Assembly: GCA_902780915.1 (NCBI GenBank)
Contig: CACZHK010000011.1
Coordinates: 3,767-67,766, forward strand
Length of the DNA stretch: 64,000 bases
Source: Selenomonas ruminantium
GTDB lineage: Bacteria; Bacillota; Negativicutes; Selenomonadales; Selenomonadaceae
Reading direction: 5' to 3'
The position numbers were made by a program, and so were the translations under genes. The notes under the pieces were generated by a model. The model did not search any database. It saw only the letters and a program-made list of their open reading frames with translations, and had not been told where the DNA came from. Positions 12,601-21,191 of this stretch are shown here, in pieces. The first letter of the stretch is position 1. Every line of letters starts with the position of its first letter.

Positions 12601-12990
12601 TAGCCCCTTCTGCACCGCTGCCGCCGCCTGGGAAAGGATGATGACCTTCTCCTTGCGCATGAGCCGCCCCAGCACATCCATGCGGCGGGCACTGCGCTCA
12701 ATGCTTTTGGCTGCTGCCTGAATCTCCATCAGGTCGACTTCCGGCAGTTCCAGCACCGGCACCCCCGGCAACAACAAGGATAGATCTTCCCGCCACTCCT
12801 CCAGAGACTCCCTGCTATGGAGGATGATCACCATAGGCTGGGGCCCCGCCTCATAGCAGGCCGCCACCGCCGCATGTTTCTGGGATCCCCCCAGACCATA
12901 GGCCAGAGTCTCAGACGCCTCCCCGCAGAAGCATTCCTGCAATCGCTGCAGGGACTTGTCCTGCAGCATAGCCGCAAAAAGTGAATGCAT
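9553..12990 (-). CDS. mfd: Transcription-repair coupling factor
   Basis: 1145 aa with a UvrB-homology N-terminus, a CarD/TRCF domain (GDYVVHVNHGIGKY) and SF2 motifs GDVGFGKT and DEEQRFG. The last 27 codons overlap the next gene. Confidence 0.95.
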   Translation of the reverse strand: MHSLFAAMLQDKSLQRLQECFCGEASETLAYGLGGSQKHAAVAACYEAGPQPMVIILHSRESLEEWREDLSLLLPGVPVLELPEVDLMEIQAAAKSIERSARRMDVLGRLMRKEKVIILSQAAAAVQKGLSPADFQRLALSIKLGEVLPREKLIQRLTELGYERTEEVERAGQFSARGGIMDIFAINALSPVRLEFFDDEIESLREFDLSTMRSDKSAGLSEITVLPLLQTDSNGKPEPFLSYLGGRGAVIFDEPTRIREQIRTMVKENPEIKNSIFSWENLIEGARGNRVIYSALMLQQVLGAEPENTVSITSTNMTPFHRQMDLLESEASRWLGQKQQVLILLNARDKANSIREFFARKRIPSLVIKEGETLEKGLVNIQVGALTSGFEMAAAQLVVVTEKDIFGHQKRQGVKRTPKGEKLSHFRDIKPGDYVVHVNHGIGKYLGVETLEVGGVHKDYLHIKYGGDDKLFVPTEQVNLLQKYIGSEGEVPRLHRMGGTEWAKAKARAKKSVEDIAQKLIEIYAQRREAKGTAFSPDDATQHEFEEAFPYQETEDQLKAIEEIKEDMEKEKPMDRLLCGDVGFGKTEVAIRAAYKAAMDGKQVAVLVPTTVLAQQHYQTFTARFADFAPKVDVICRFRSAKEQKQTLEKVKLGQVDILIGTHAILNRKKVQFKDLGLLIVDEEQRFGVKQKEKIRSLSAGLDVLTLSATPIPRTLHMSLVGARDMSIIETPPAERFPVQTYVVENNDAVISGAIKREIKRGGQVYFVYNRVDTIDRMRDHLQDLVPDARIMTAHGQMPEEMLEQVMMDFYEGRYDILLATSIVENGLDVANANTIIVYNADHFGLSQLYQMRGRVGRSHHMAFAYFVYQGDKILTETAEKRLQAMKEFAQLGAGFKIAMRDLEIRGAGNLLGSQQHGHIASVGFEMYCKLLEEAVENLKHGKKDAVLEPPPDPIIDLSCEAYLDADYIDDAMHKIEIYQRIAAIRSDEEVKALYEEMRDRFGELSAPARNLLEAARIKNHARALGLRSVIVQPKALALHLMPGRRLPAKGLMLIDKYFGHNLRRIIKTGDYEIGLTEAKKKNIASFVLRVLLLADGDEEAAMASQAEKMKSAKEKKINGKDNSPGPGAGQGRAHYPGKLAAAEF

Positions 12991-13033
12991 AGCTACACCT
13001 CTTGTTTTCCTTCCGTTAAATTCTCCAGAAACA

Positions 13034-13076
13034 CGAAAAACAGGACTGTCACCGGGGAAACGGTGATAGTCCCTGC
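13034..13076 (-). terminator. Intrinsic terminator after the AlbA_2 gene (left island edge)
   Basis: Minus strand reads CAGGGACTATCACCG-loop-CCGGTGACAGTCCTG followed by TTTTT. Confidence 0.6.
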
Positions 13077-13164
13077 TATATACATCTACATTGGTTTAAT
13101 CATATGATAATCTACCGACCTAGTCAATAGGAATTTGCTGACTGAACTACGCCTGCATGATTGC

Positions 13165-14607
13165 TCAGTCCAACTTAACCACATCGGTATTTGTTTTGTA
13201 AAACTTTGTTCTTGCTTGCTGGCTTGTCAGCAGATATCCCTGTTCAACCAGATTGTTCAGCATCTTGCTGCGCAAGTAGCTTGAATTGCTGACGCCCAAA
13301 TGCTCAGCTATGTCCGCAGCTTTCCGAGCCTGGCTGTAGCAATAGCTCAATACCTTCGCATCATGTTCCGTTCCCTGTGACACTGGCGGGTATGACAATG
13401 TCATTGCATTGCCATTTTCCAGCCCTTCATGATAGGTCAGGTCAGGAAGAACTAAGGTAAAATGATCTGAAGTCGAAGAGATATACGGCTTATGTCTGTC
13501 ATCTGCTGTGGAATATGCCTCTACGATCTTGTCAAAACCTGTACCTGCTGCCTCCATGACATTACAAGCCACCAGCACTGCACAGATAATTTCATTTCTG
13601 CGCTTGGAAATGATATTGGATAGATCATAAGTCACACCTATTTCAGCTCCACGGTAAAAACTCCCCGGCGAGGATATTTCCAGCCTGTCACGGAACATAT
13701 CAATTTGTATCTGTGTACCATCCAGGAAATAGTCTCTATGGGCTATAGCATTTATTACTCCTTCGAATACAGCCCGCTTGGGGTAGGCATCTATGTTTAT
13801 ACGTCCCGTATCTGTCTTCAGCAATGAATGATTCATACGCTGATAAACAAATTCGCAAGTTTTTTTGATAGTCTGGATTATATTGCCTCGAAAGCGGTTC
13901 ACAGTCACAATGCGCTGACTGCCTTTATTAAAGCCGGAAAAGACGGAGCAAGTCACCGCTGTCTTAGCACCATCATAGCTATCAGCAAAAAGCGTACCAC
14001 CATTAGCCAGCAGTCCCTTTTCATCGAAGAAGCCCATTGAGCGCAAAGCCTTGTCAGTATATGCCTTGCCGTTATTATGCTCAGCATAAAAAGCCAGCAG
14101 TTCGCCAAAGTCATTCCTACTGTAACGAGTATCTGATGGCAAAGCATCAAACTGTACATTTTGACTGGCTATACTCATTTCTATTATTTCTTCGTAGGTG
14201 GCGCCATTAGTAAAGCCATCCCGCCTCATGTAAATTGAAGGTATATTTTGATACTTAAGGACCACCGGCCTTGTAGGAGATGTTTCAACCCTTATGTGAA
14301 CTACAAAACGCTCCTTATCCTTTACTGCATATCGTAGAAATTCAATCTTCATTGGGGGACGCGGAACCAAATGTTCATTAACCTGGTTATTGAAGTAGTT
14401 TCTTTCCTTATCAGCTGCCATGCGTTCATAGCCAATAAGTTTGTGAGTCTTATCTTCCACCCCCAGATACATATCCCCCCCGGCGGCATTGGCAAAGCCA
14501 GCAATGGTCTTCAGCCAGCCCACCACATCATCCCGGTTCAGCTTTCCTTTGTATTCCCTTTGACTGTCCTCCAGCTGTACATCAGCCGTCAGTTCCTCCA
14601 AAAACAT
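13165..14607 (-). CDS. Schlafen/AlbA_2-domain ATPase-like protein with C-terminal winged helix
   Basis: N-terminus EDSQREYKG...IAGFANAAGGDMYLGVED is typical of the divergent-AAA AlbA_2 domain. The C-terminus LGVSNSSYLRSKMLNNLVEQGYL looks like a wHTH. RBS GAGGTGA precedes ATG 14607. Confidence 0.7.
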   Translation of the reverse strand: MFLEELTADVQLEDSQREYKGKLNRDDVVGWLKTIAGFANAAGGDMYLGVEDKTHKLIGYERMAADKERNYFNNQVNEHLVPRPPMKIEFLRYAVKDKERFVVHIRVETSPTRPVVLKYQNIPSIYMRRDGFTNGATYEEIIEMSIASQNVQFDALPSDTRYSRNDFGELLAFYAEHNNGKAYTDKALRSMGFFDEKGLLANGGTLFADSYDGAKTAVTCSVFSGFNKGSQRIVTVNRFRGNIIQTIKKTCEFVYQRMNHSLLKTDTGRINIDAYPKRAVFEGVINAIAHRDYFLDGTQIQIDMFRDRLEISSPGSFYRGAEIGVTYDLSNIISKRRNEIICAVLVACNVMEAAGTGFDKIVEAYSTADDRHKPYISSTSDHFTLVLPDLTYHEGLENGNAMTLSYPPVSQGTEHDAKVLSYCYSQARKAADIAEHLGVSNSSYLRSKMLNNLVEQGYLLTSQQARTKFYKTNTDVVKLD

Positions 14608-14631
14608 TTCTTATCACCTCACAATTGAACT

Positions 14632-14684
14632 ACTTCAAATATACTTCAATACAACTTCAATGTCAACTTCAATACAACTTCAAT
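14632..14684 (-). promoter_or_regulatory. Promoter (TTGACA-17-TATATT) embedded in five tandem ATTGAAGT repeats
   Basis: On the minus strand the -35 box is at 14666-14661 and the -10 box at 14643-14638. The plus-strand motif ACTTCAA(T) starts at 14632, 14643, 14654, 14666 and 14677, giving spacings of 11, 11, 12 and 11 nt. Confidence 0.6.
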
Positions 14685-14697
14685 GACTTTATCAACT

Positions 14698-14750
14698 AAA
14701 AAAACCAGCAACAACCGGTGAGGTCTCCCCTCACGGTTGTTGCTGGCTTT
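14698..14750. terminator. Strong bidirectional hairpin terminator, repeat copy A
   Basis: CCAGCAACAACCGGTGAGG-TCTCC-CCTCACGGTTGTTGCTGG (14705-14746), flanked by an A7 run and a T-rich run. It recurs at 25815-25856 with one mismatch. Confidence 0.7.
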
Positions 14751-14803
14751 TCCTATCGGAGGCTTCGTTTATCGTGACCTAGGAAACGATAAGGCAAAAA
14801 CTG

Positions 14804-15931
14804 TCAAGAATTTTCTTTCAATCGTCCCTCTTCAAGCTTCAATCCAGCTTGTTGCGCCAGGAAAACCTGCTTCTGTGTTTCGATTTCTGCCCGAAGCTGC
14901 TCTTCGGTGGGAAGGTACAGCTTGTATTTCGAGGCAAATAGCTGCTCATTGTCATTGAGTATGGAGTAGCGGGCAATATCCTCGTCTGTCTCGGTACACA
15001 GGACAATGCCTAAGGTGGGGTTATCCTCTGGCATTTTCACCAAATCGTCGTACATGCGGATATACATATCCATCTGGCCTACGTCCTGATGGGTAATCTT
15101 CCCCATCTTCAAATCTATCAGCACAAAGCACTTCAGGATATAGTTATAGAAAACGAGGTCGATATAATAGTCTTCCTTTTCCGTGTGAATGCGTTTTTGC
15201 CGTCCGGCGAAGGTAAAGCCCTTGCCCAGTTCCATCATGAAATCCTGCAAATTGTCGATAATCCGTTGCTCAAGTTCTGATTCGTGATAGGCTCTATTCT
15301 CCTGCATACCAAGAAATTCGGCGATATAGGGGCTTTTTATATATTCTAGTTTGTCTTCATAGGGCGAAGCCAGCTCCTTCATTTCTTCACGGACGGATTC
15401 TTTGTCGTATGATTTTAGGATACGGTAATAATACTGGGTGGAGACGTTTCTTTGCAGGGTTTTTACACTCCACATTTCCTTTATGGCTTCCTGTTCATAC
15501 CAATCCCGAGCCGGCTTGTCAAGGACCTGCATCAATACTCGGTAATGTGTCCAGCTTAGCATGTTGAATTTTGCACTCGGCGAATGCAAAATCTCACTCA
15601 AGGATTTTTCCCCTAATTCTGCATTCGACAAATGCAAAATATCGGGATAAGCCTTGTAAAACCTTAGGTATTCATATAAATTCCTCGCACCGAAGCCGCG
15701 ACCATACTTGCCTTTAAGATGCTTGGAAAGTTTAATCATAACTTCAGTTCCATATTCGGCACGATTCTCGCCCTTCAATTCTTCATAGTGAATTCGCTTG
15801 CCTAGCAGCCAGTTCCTAATAGTCAAAATGCTATTCACAGCCCGAAAAGCTTGTTTCTGCATTACTTCTATAATTTGCTCCGCATCGGCATAGATGCTGT
15901 CAGTTTGTTCGTAAATCGTTATTGGTTCCAT
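14804..15931 (-). CDS. YhcG-family PD-(D/E)XK nuclease domain protein (DUF1016)
   Basis: N-terminal AEYGTEVMIKLSKHLKGKYGRGFGARNLYEYLRFYKAYP and the C-terminal nuclease core YYIDLVFYN...VLIDLKMGK. Confidence 0.8.
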   Translation of the reverse strand: MEPITIYEQTDSIYADAEQIIEVMQKQAFRAVNSILTIRNWLLGKRIHYEELKGENRAEYGTEVMIKLSKHLKGKYGRGFGARNLYEYLRFYKAYPDILHLSNAELGEKSLSEILHSPSAKFNMLSWTHYRVLMQVLDKPARDWYEQEAIKEMWSVKTLQRNVSTQYYYRILKSYDKESVREEMKELASPYEDKLEYIKSPYIAEFLGMQENRAYHESELEQRIIDNLQDFMMELGKGFTFAGRQKRIHTEKEDYYIDLVFYNYILKCFVLIDLKMGKITHQDVGQMDMYIRMYDDLVKMPEDNPTLGIVLCTETDEDIARYSILNDNEQLFASKYKLYLPTEEQLRAEIETQKQVFLAQQAGLKLEEGRLKENS

Positions 15932-15962
15932 CAGATCACCTCCCCCCTTCTACGATAAAAGT

Positions 15963-16118
15963 AAACGATAAAGCGCCAAATGTCAAGAATCTTCTCTTAC
16001 TATCCTCTCCTATCTGAATTTTCTTTTAATCGTCTCTCTTCAAGCTTCAATCCAGCTTGTTGCGCCAGGAAAACCTGCTTCTGTGTTTCGATTTCTGCCC
16101 GAAGCTGCTCGTCGGTGG
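15963..16118 (-). pseudogene. Remnant of the 3' end and 3' flank of a second yhcG-like gene
   Basis: 16019-16118 matches 14811-14910 (the last ~34 codons of yhcG) at 97 of 100 positions. The flank motif AAACGATAA..TGTCAAGAAT is also shared. There is no start codon or 5' part. Confidence 0.6.
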
Positions 16119-16203
16119 CCCCCAGTCGACGCTAAGGGGCTTGAATTCTGCGCACAGCGTGCGCACAATCTCTGGACAGACTTTCATAGAACAGAAAAAA
16201 TGC

Positions 16204-19200
16204 TCATATACAATGCATGAACTTCGGAAAATCATCTACTGGCATAAATGTCGCTTCGCCCCCCAAGGCTGCGAAGTGTTCCCTGCCGCACTGTATCTTT
16301 TCCTTCTCCGTCTGACGCAGGGCATCAGCTTCGATATTTCCCTTCGTCTCCAGCACGAAATATAGCTTCTTCTCGCCGTTCTTATTGACCATCACTGCCC
16401 AGTCCGGGTTATATGAGCCTAAAGGGGTGCTTATCTTGAACCAATCAGGCAATTTGGCGTAGAGCAGTATATCTTCGTTCTCCTCAAAGGCCGTGGCAAA
16501 TTTTCTCTCATTTTCGCTATCATAAACCACATAGTTGTATATCCCCTTGTGGCTCTCCAGCATATTGCTTTCCAGGTAGCCCTTCAATTCCTCGGACTCA
16601 AAGAGTTCCTGACAGTAGTATTCGCTGTCACCTATGCGCTGATACTTTATGCCATCAACTATCAGAGATTTCATCACTGAGCGCAGGATCTTGGCAGTGT
16701 TTTCCATAAACACCTGGGGATTTTTCTGAAAATCCTTCAGACGGTTGCCATAATCGTCAAATGGAATCCAGCTGCCTTCAGCATTTTGCCTGGTACCCGT
16801 CAGCAACTCCACGATAGTACGGCGGGTCAGATTGGTTTCATTCTGCAGATAGGCTACAATATCCGGCAGTATGTGGTGCGAACCATATGTACTTACTGCC
16901 CTGTCTGCCACCACCTTCGTATCAACACCACCTGTCCCTATATAGAGATCAGCCTTAGTCTGAATGATTTTCGGGGAAGGTATCTTCATTTCCAACGCCA
17001 TCTGCTTGCGACAGCGCCGCAAAAGTTCATCGGTGGAGAAATTTACTCGATAGGTGGTCTTCCATTTGATGCTGTCCCAGAGTTCCTTGAATTCCGGTGA
17101 CAGGAATACTTCCTTGTTGATGGCAGCTTCCCGCCGTTCCCTCTTTTGATGGATAGGAACCGTCCTGCAGGCCTGCATACAAATTTCCTGTATCTGGGAC
17201 TTGTAGGGAGCCAGTTCCTCTGCTACCGCGAATTTGTTCTGCTGTATATCGGCTTTCAGCGATTCCTGAATATTGCCCTGTTCGTCCACATAGCCATATT
17301 CTTTCAGCGATTCCATGACCATTTCGGCCTTCTCTGCGCCCAGATAGGAAGTTTCTCCCCTTGCCACACCTGTTGCAGAGTCATCTGTGGATTCGGGTAC
17401 AAGGATATTGGCAAAGTTTGCCACTTCCAGCACTTTGAAGCGGATGCCGTCTTCCTCATACTCCTTCTGCAAATTGCTTGCAAACTCCTCATAGCTTTCA
17501 TTGGCCATCACCGTCAAGATATTCAGATTGGCATCATACTGCCTTTCCCCCGTCTGATTGACACACAGGCGCAGGCCACGGCCAATTTCCTGACGCTTCT
17601 TGATGGTGCTCTTGGTTTCATTCAGAGTACAAATCTGGAACACATTGGGATTGTCCCAGCCCTCCCGCAGGGCAGAGTGAGAAAAGATGAAGCGAATTTT
17701 GCAGTCAAAGGACAGCAGTCTTTCCTTGTCCTTCATGATGAGATTGTAGGTGCTATCATCTGCCGCCGTAGAACCACTGGTATCCTTCCAATGTCCCGGC
17801 TCATTCTTCTTGCCCTTATCAGCAGAGAAGTAGCCGTCATGGGTAAGCTCGGCCTCGTCTTCTTCATTGTGCAGGCTGTGCCACAAATCGTGATACTTGG
17901 GACGGCGAATCACATCCTGATAGATTTCTTCAAACCACTTGGCATACTTGCCTTTTACGGCGTTGCCCTCAGCATCATATTCACGGTAGTTGGCCACCCG
18001 GTCGATGAAAAACAGAGAAAGAACCTTTATCCCCTTGGGATTCAGCTCCAGCTCCTTGTTCAAATGCTCCTCAATGGTCGCCCGCATCTGCTGACGCTTC
18101 ATCTCATCATCGTGGACAGTGCCGATAGGCTTGCCCAGACGAAGAATATCGCTGCAGCTGGTGAAGTCCATGTACTCATTGCCTTCTCCGCAGTAAATAT
18201 CCTTGACGATATAGCCCTCGTATACATCACGGCCACCGGATTTTTCATAGAGGTCATCCCCCTGCTTCACGGTAACGGCTTTCCGCTGGACAACACCCTT
18301 TTTGTTCTGCACATCCATTTCCACCCGGGCCGTGATGGGAGATTTCTTGTTGTTGACAGATTTCAGGAGCAGATAGGCTTCGTTGTGGTCATCCTGGGTA
18401 GCAAAGCTCTCCACCTCGATACCCTTGACCAGCTTCTTGGCAAAGCTATCTACGGCGTTTAGGCGGTAGAGTTTGTTCTCCACACGGATAGGCGTTGCGG
18501 AGTAGCGGATAGTACAGAGAGGGTTCAGAGATTCAACCGCCTCCACCTGGGCATCGGTACTGATGGTGGACTGCGGTTCGTCAATCACGACAATGGGCTT
18601 GGTTTCGCGAACCAAATCAATGGGCTTGGACTCGCCAAACTTCTTGTCATTGTAACGGTTAATCAAGTTTAGGTCATTCTGGAAGGAATTGATGGTCATG
18701 ACCATGATCTGTATATCGCTCGCCGTGGCAAAATCGCGGATTTTCTCGATATGCTTGCCATCATAGACAAAGGCATCATAATTCACATTGCTATATAGCC
18801 CCCGGAAATGCTCACGGGTTATCTCAATGGTCTTCTGCACACCTTCCTTGATGGCTACGCTGGGCACCACGATGATGAACTTGGTAAAGCCGTAGGCTTT
18901 ATTCAGTTCCAGCAAGGTACGCAGGTAAACATAGGTCTTGCCGGTGCCGGTTTCCATCTCAATATCCAGATTCAATTTATGGTTAGGCAAAGCCTTGGAC
19001 TGTGGCAGGCCATACCGCAGCTGAACTGCACGAATATTGTTCAGCAAATCTTCCCCATCAAGCATCAGCCGATTGCCAATGCCCTGCCCCAAGGTCAGTT
19101 GCTGGCTTTCACTGCCAAAGCCCAATGTCATCTGCTCATTCGTAATATCAGCCACAGTAAACAAGGACTGTTTCGGCGTTTGTCCCTGAAATACATCACG

Positions 19201-19257
19201 AACAGCGGCAATAGCTTCCTGCTGGTAGTCGAGGGCAGCATCAAATTTCAGTTTCAT
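16204..19257 (-). CDS. res: Type III restriction endonuclease, Res subunit
   Basis: SF2 motor motifs METGTGKT and VIDEPQ. C-terminal PD-(D/E)XK core NPDWAV...LETKG. N-terminus MKLKFDAALDYQQEAI is typical of type III Res. Confidence 0.9.
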   Translation of the reverse strand: MKLKFDAALDYQQEAIAAVRDVFQGQTPKQSLFTVADITNEQMTLGFGSESQQLTLGQGIGNRLMLDGEDLLNNIRAVQLRYGLPQSKALPNHKLNLDIEMETGTGKTYVYLRTLLELNKAYGFTKFIIVVPSVAIKEGVQKTIEITREHFRGLYSNVNYDAFVYDGKHIEKIRDFATASDIQIMVMTINSFQNDLNLINRYNDKKFGESKPIDLVRETKPIVVIDEPQSTISTDAQVEAVESLNPLCTIRYSATPIRVENKLYRLNAVDSFAKKLVKGIEVESFATQDDHNEAYLLLKSVNNKKSPITARVEMDVQNKKGVVQRKAVTVKQGDDLYEKSGGRDVYEGYIVKDIYCGEGNEYMDFTSCSDILRLGKPIGTVHDDEMKRQQMRATIEEHLNKELELNPKGIKVLSLFFIDRVANYREYDAEGNAVKGKYAKWFEEIYQDVIRRPKYHDLWHSLHNEEDEAELTHDGYFSADKGKKNEPGHWKDTSGSTAADDSTYNLIMKDKERLLSFDCKIRFIFSHSALREGWDNPNVFQICTLNETKSTIKKRQEIGRGLRLCVNQTGERQYDANLNILTVMANESYEEFASNLQKEYEEDGIRFKVLEVANFANILVPESTDDSATGVARGETSYLGAEKAEMVMESLKEYGYVDEQGNIQESLKADIQQNKFAVAEELAPYKSQIQEICMQACRTVPIHQKRERREAAINKEVFLSPEFKELWDSIKWKTTYRVNFSTDELLRRCRKQMALEMKIPSPKIIQTKADLYIGTGGVDTKVVADRAVSTYGSHHILPDIVAYLQNETNLTRRTIVELLTGTRQNAEGSWIPFDDYGNRLKDFQKNPQVFMENTAKILRSVMKSLIVDGIKYQRIGDSEYYCQELFESEELKGYLESNMLESHKGIYNYVVYDSENERKFATAFEENEDILLYAKLPDWFKISTPLGSYNPDWAVMVNKNGEKKLYFVLETKGNIEADALRQTEKEKIQCGREHFAALGGEATFMPVDDFPKFMHCI

Positions 19258-19268
19258 CGTCCCTCACC

Positions 19269-21176
19269 TCACACGCACACAAAGCTGTCTTCATCAAGGC
19301 CTGCCGCTTTCAGCGTTTCCTTGACGTTGGTCTTGTCCATATCCGAGGCAAAGCCCGTATCACGGAATACCACCTGCCAAAGATCCGACTCATATTCCTC
19401 ATGCAGTTTCACCACGGCTTCAGCTACAGCAGTAGTAATCTTCTGCCCCAGACAAATCATCAGGGCACCGCCGCCGATAATGTAGACCGTTTCTCCGGCA
19501 GCCTGTTCTTCCTCTACCTGGCACGTCAGCTCCAGTCCCATTTTGAGCATGATTTCATAGAGCACATCATGCTCCGTGCGGTCAGGCAGGAAATTGTCCG
19601 TGGCTTGTTGCAAAGTCATCACCAAATCATCCGGCTGAGGATTCCATTTCTGCAGATTGGAGCTGTCCAGCTTAAAGACCTTAAAGCCAATATCTAAATC
19701 AGCCGCCTTATCGCCAGCTTCTGCCTTTATTTTATCCCCGGCACGACGAATACGTTCTTTGCCAATTTCGCAGATATTTTTGTAACCTGACTTGTAGGCT
19801 TCACTCTTTTTGTTAGTTGACTCAGGAAGCTGTACCATAATGAATTTACGGTGACCACCATCTTCGACGTTTAATTGCATAACAGCATGGGCAGTTGTAG
19901 CCGACCCAGAGAAAAAATCCATTACAATATCTTCACTTTGAACAAATCCTAGAAACAGCAATTTATTCAAAAGGCTAGTCGGTTTTGGCGTATCGAATGG
20001 AATATTATTGAAAATGCTTTGCAATTCTTTACTAGCCACAGTAGTAGTTCCTATCTTATCTCCAGAAAACCAGCTATTATCAATAGATCCAAAATCTTTC
20101 TTTTCATTATAAAAAGATTTCATTTGTGGCCGCCCATTACCGTTTCTTCCAAAAATGATTCTTCCATCAGCTAAGGCACTGGAAAATTTTTCTTGTGAAA
20201 TTCTCCAGCACCTCCCACTAGGTGGGAGGTGCTGTTCTCCTGTCTTAGGATTTGTCACCGGATATGTGAGATTCGGTCTTACATTTGGTGCATCAAACGG
20301 GTCTGCCTTCCATAAGCCTCGCGGGTCATTATCTGGGTTATCAAATTTATCCTTATCTAACGGTAACGGCCGAAATACAAATGAATCTCTTTCATACCAT
20401 TTATTTGCATTTCCCTCCTTTAATCTTCTATTCTCTAAACGACGTTTTCTTGCATATACCAGTAAATACTCATGATTAACACTTAAATCAGTATCATTTT
20501 GCATTGACAATCTTGATTGCCAGGGTATGCATGCAGCAAGATTATTTTCACCAAACGCCTCGTCACAAATGCGTTTAAGATTCCCTTGTTCATTATCATC
20601 TATACTAATAAAAATAACGCCATCATCCGTCAGCAGATTTCTTGCTAATCTCAAGCGAGGATACATCATATTCAGCCAATTTGTATGAAACCGTCCATTT
20701 GCTTCTGTATTAGTATCAATCTTATCACCTTCATCATTAACTTGTCCTGTAAGTTCCTTGTAATTCTCTATATTATCCCTAAAGTCATCTTTATAGACAA
20801 AATCACTACCCGTATTATACGGCGGGTCAATATAAATCATCTTCACTTTCCCATAATAGGATTTCTGCAACAGCTTCAATACTTCCAGATTATCCCCTTC
20901 GATATAGAGATTTTCCGTATTGTCCCAATCCTTGCTTTCCTCCTTACAGGGACGCAAAGTTCCCATAGAAGGTGTTTGAGACAAGCGCAGTGCCTTGCCC
21001 TTGCCATTCCATTTAAAGCTATACCTTTCCTGTTCATCATCTACAAAATCGCCCAGCAGCTGCCGCAGGACATCAAAATCTATTTTCCCTTCCTCAAAAG
21101 CCTCCGGGAAAAGCTGCTGCATGGCTTTCAGATTTTCCTCTGTGATATTCATGGACTCGCCTGTTAATTTCTTCAT
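19269..21176 (-). CDS. mod: Type III DNA methyltransferase, Mod subunit (beta-class N6A/N4C)
   Basis: Motif IV IYIDPPYNTG precedes motif I DFFSGSATTAHA (beta order). An 11-nt gap separates it from res. Confidence 0.9.
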   Translation of the reverse strand: MKKLTGESMNITEENLKAMQQLFPEAFEEGKIDFDVLRQLLGDFVDDEQERYSFKWNGKGKALRLSQTPSMGTLRPCKEESKDWDNTENLYIEGDNLEVLKLLQKSYYGKVKMIYIDPPYNTGSDFVYKDDFRDNIENYKELTGQVNDEGDKIDTNTEANGRFHTNWLNMMYPRLRLARNLLTDDGVIFISIDDNEQGNLKRICDEAFGENNLAACIPWQSRLSMQNDTDLSVNHEYLLVYARKRRLENRRLKEGNANKWYERDSFVFRPLPLDKDKFDNPDNDPRGLWKADPFDAPNVRPNLTYPVTNPKTGEQHLPPSGRCWRISQEKFSSALADGRIIFGRNGNGRPQMKSFYNEKKDFGSIDNSWFSGDKIGTTTVASKELQSIFNNIPFDTPKPTSLLNKLLFLGFVQSEDIVMDFFSGSATTAHAVMQLNVEDGGHRKFIMVQLPESTNKKSEAYKSGYKNICEIGKERIRRAGDKIKAEAGDKAADLDIGFKVFKLDSSNLQKWNPQPDDLVMTLQQATDNFLPDRTEHDVLYEIMLKMGLELTCQVEEEQAAGETVYIIGGGALMICLGQKITTAVAEAVVKLHEEYESDLWQVVFRDTGFASDMDKTNVKETLKAAGLDEDSFVCV

Positions 21177-21191
21177 TGCGAATTGCTCCCT

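Noticed and set aside
14632-14684. Short tandem repeats that might be a degenerate CRISPR or minisatellite.
   Set aside because: The units are only 11-12 nt with no spacers and no cas genes, and they coincide with a promoter. They are interpreted as an operator array instead.
16047-16365. Small ORFs (62 aa on the minus strand, 102 aa on the plus strand) in the res-yhcG intergenic region.
   Set aside because: They overlap the yhcG 3'-end remnant and the res terminus in the wrong frames and lack RBSs. They are better explained as a recombination scar.
19269-21176. Possible phase-variable simple-sequence repeats in the type III mod gene.
   Set aside because: Reading through the gene, I saw no homopolymer or short tandem tract long enough to suggest slipped-strand switching.
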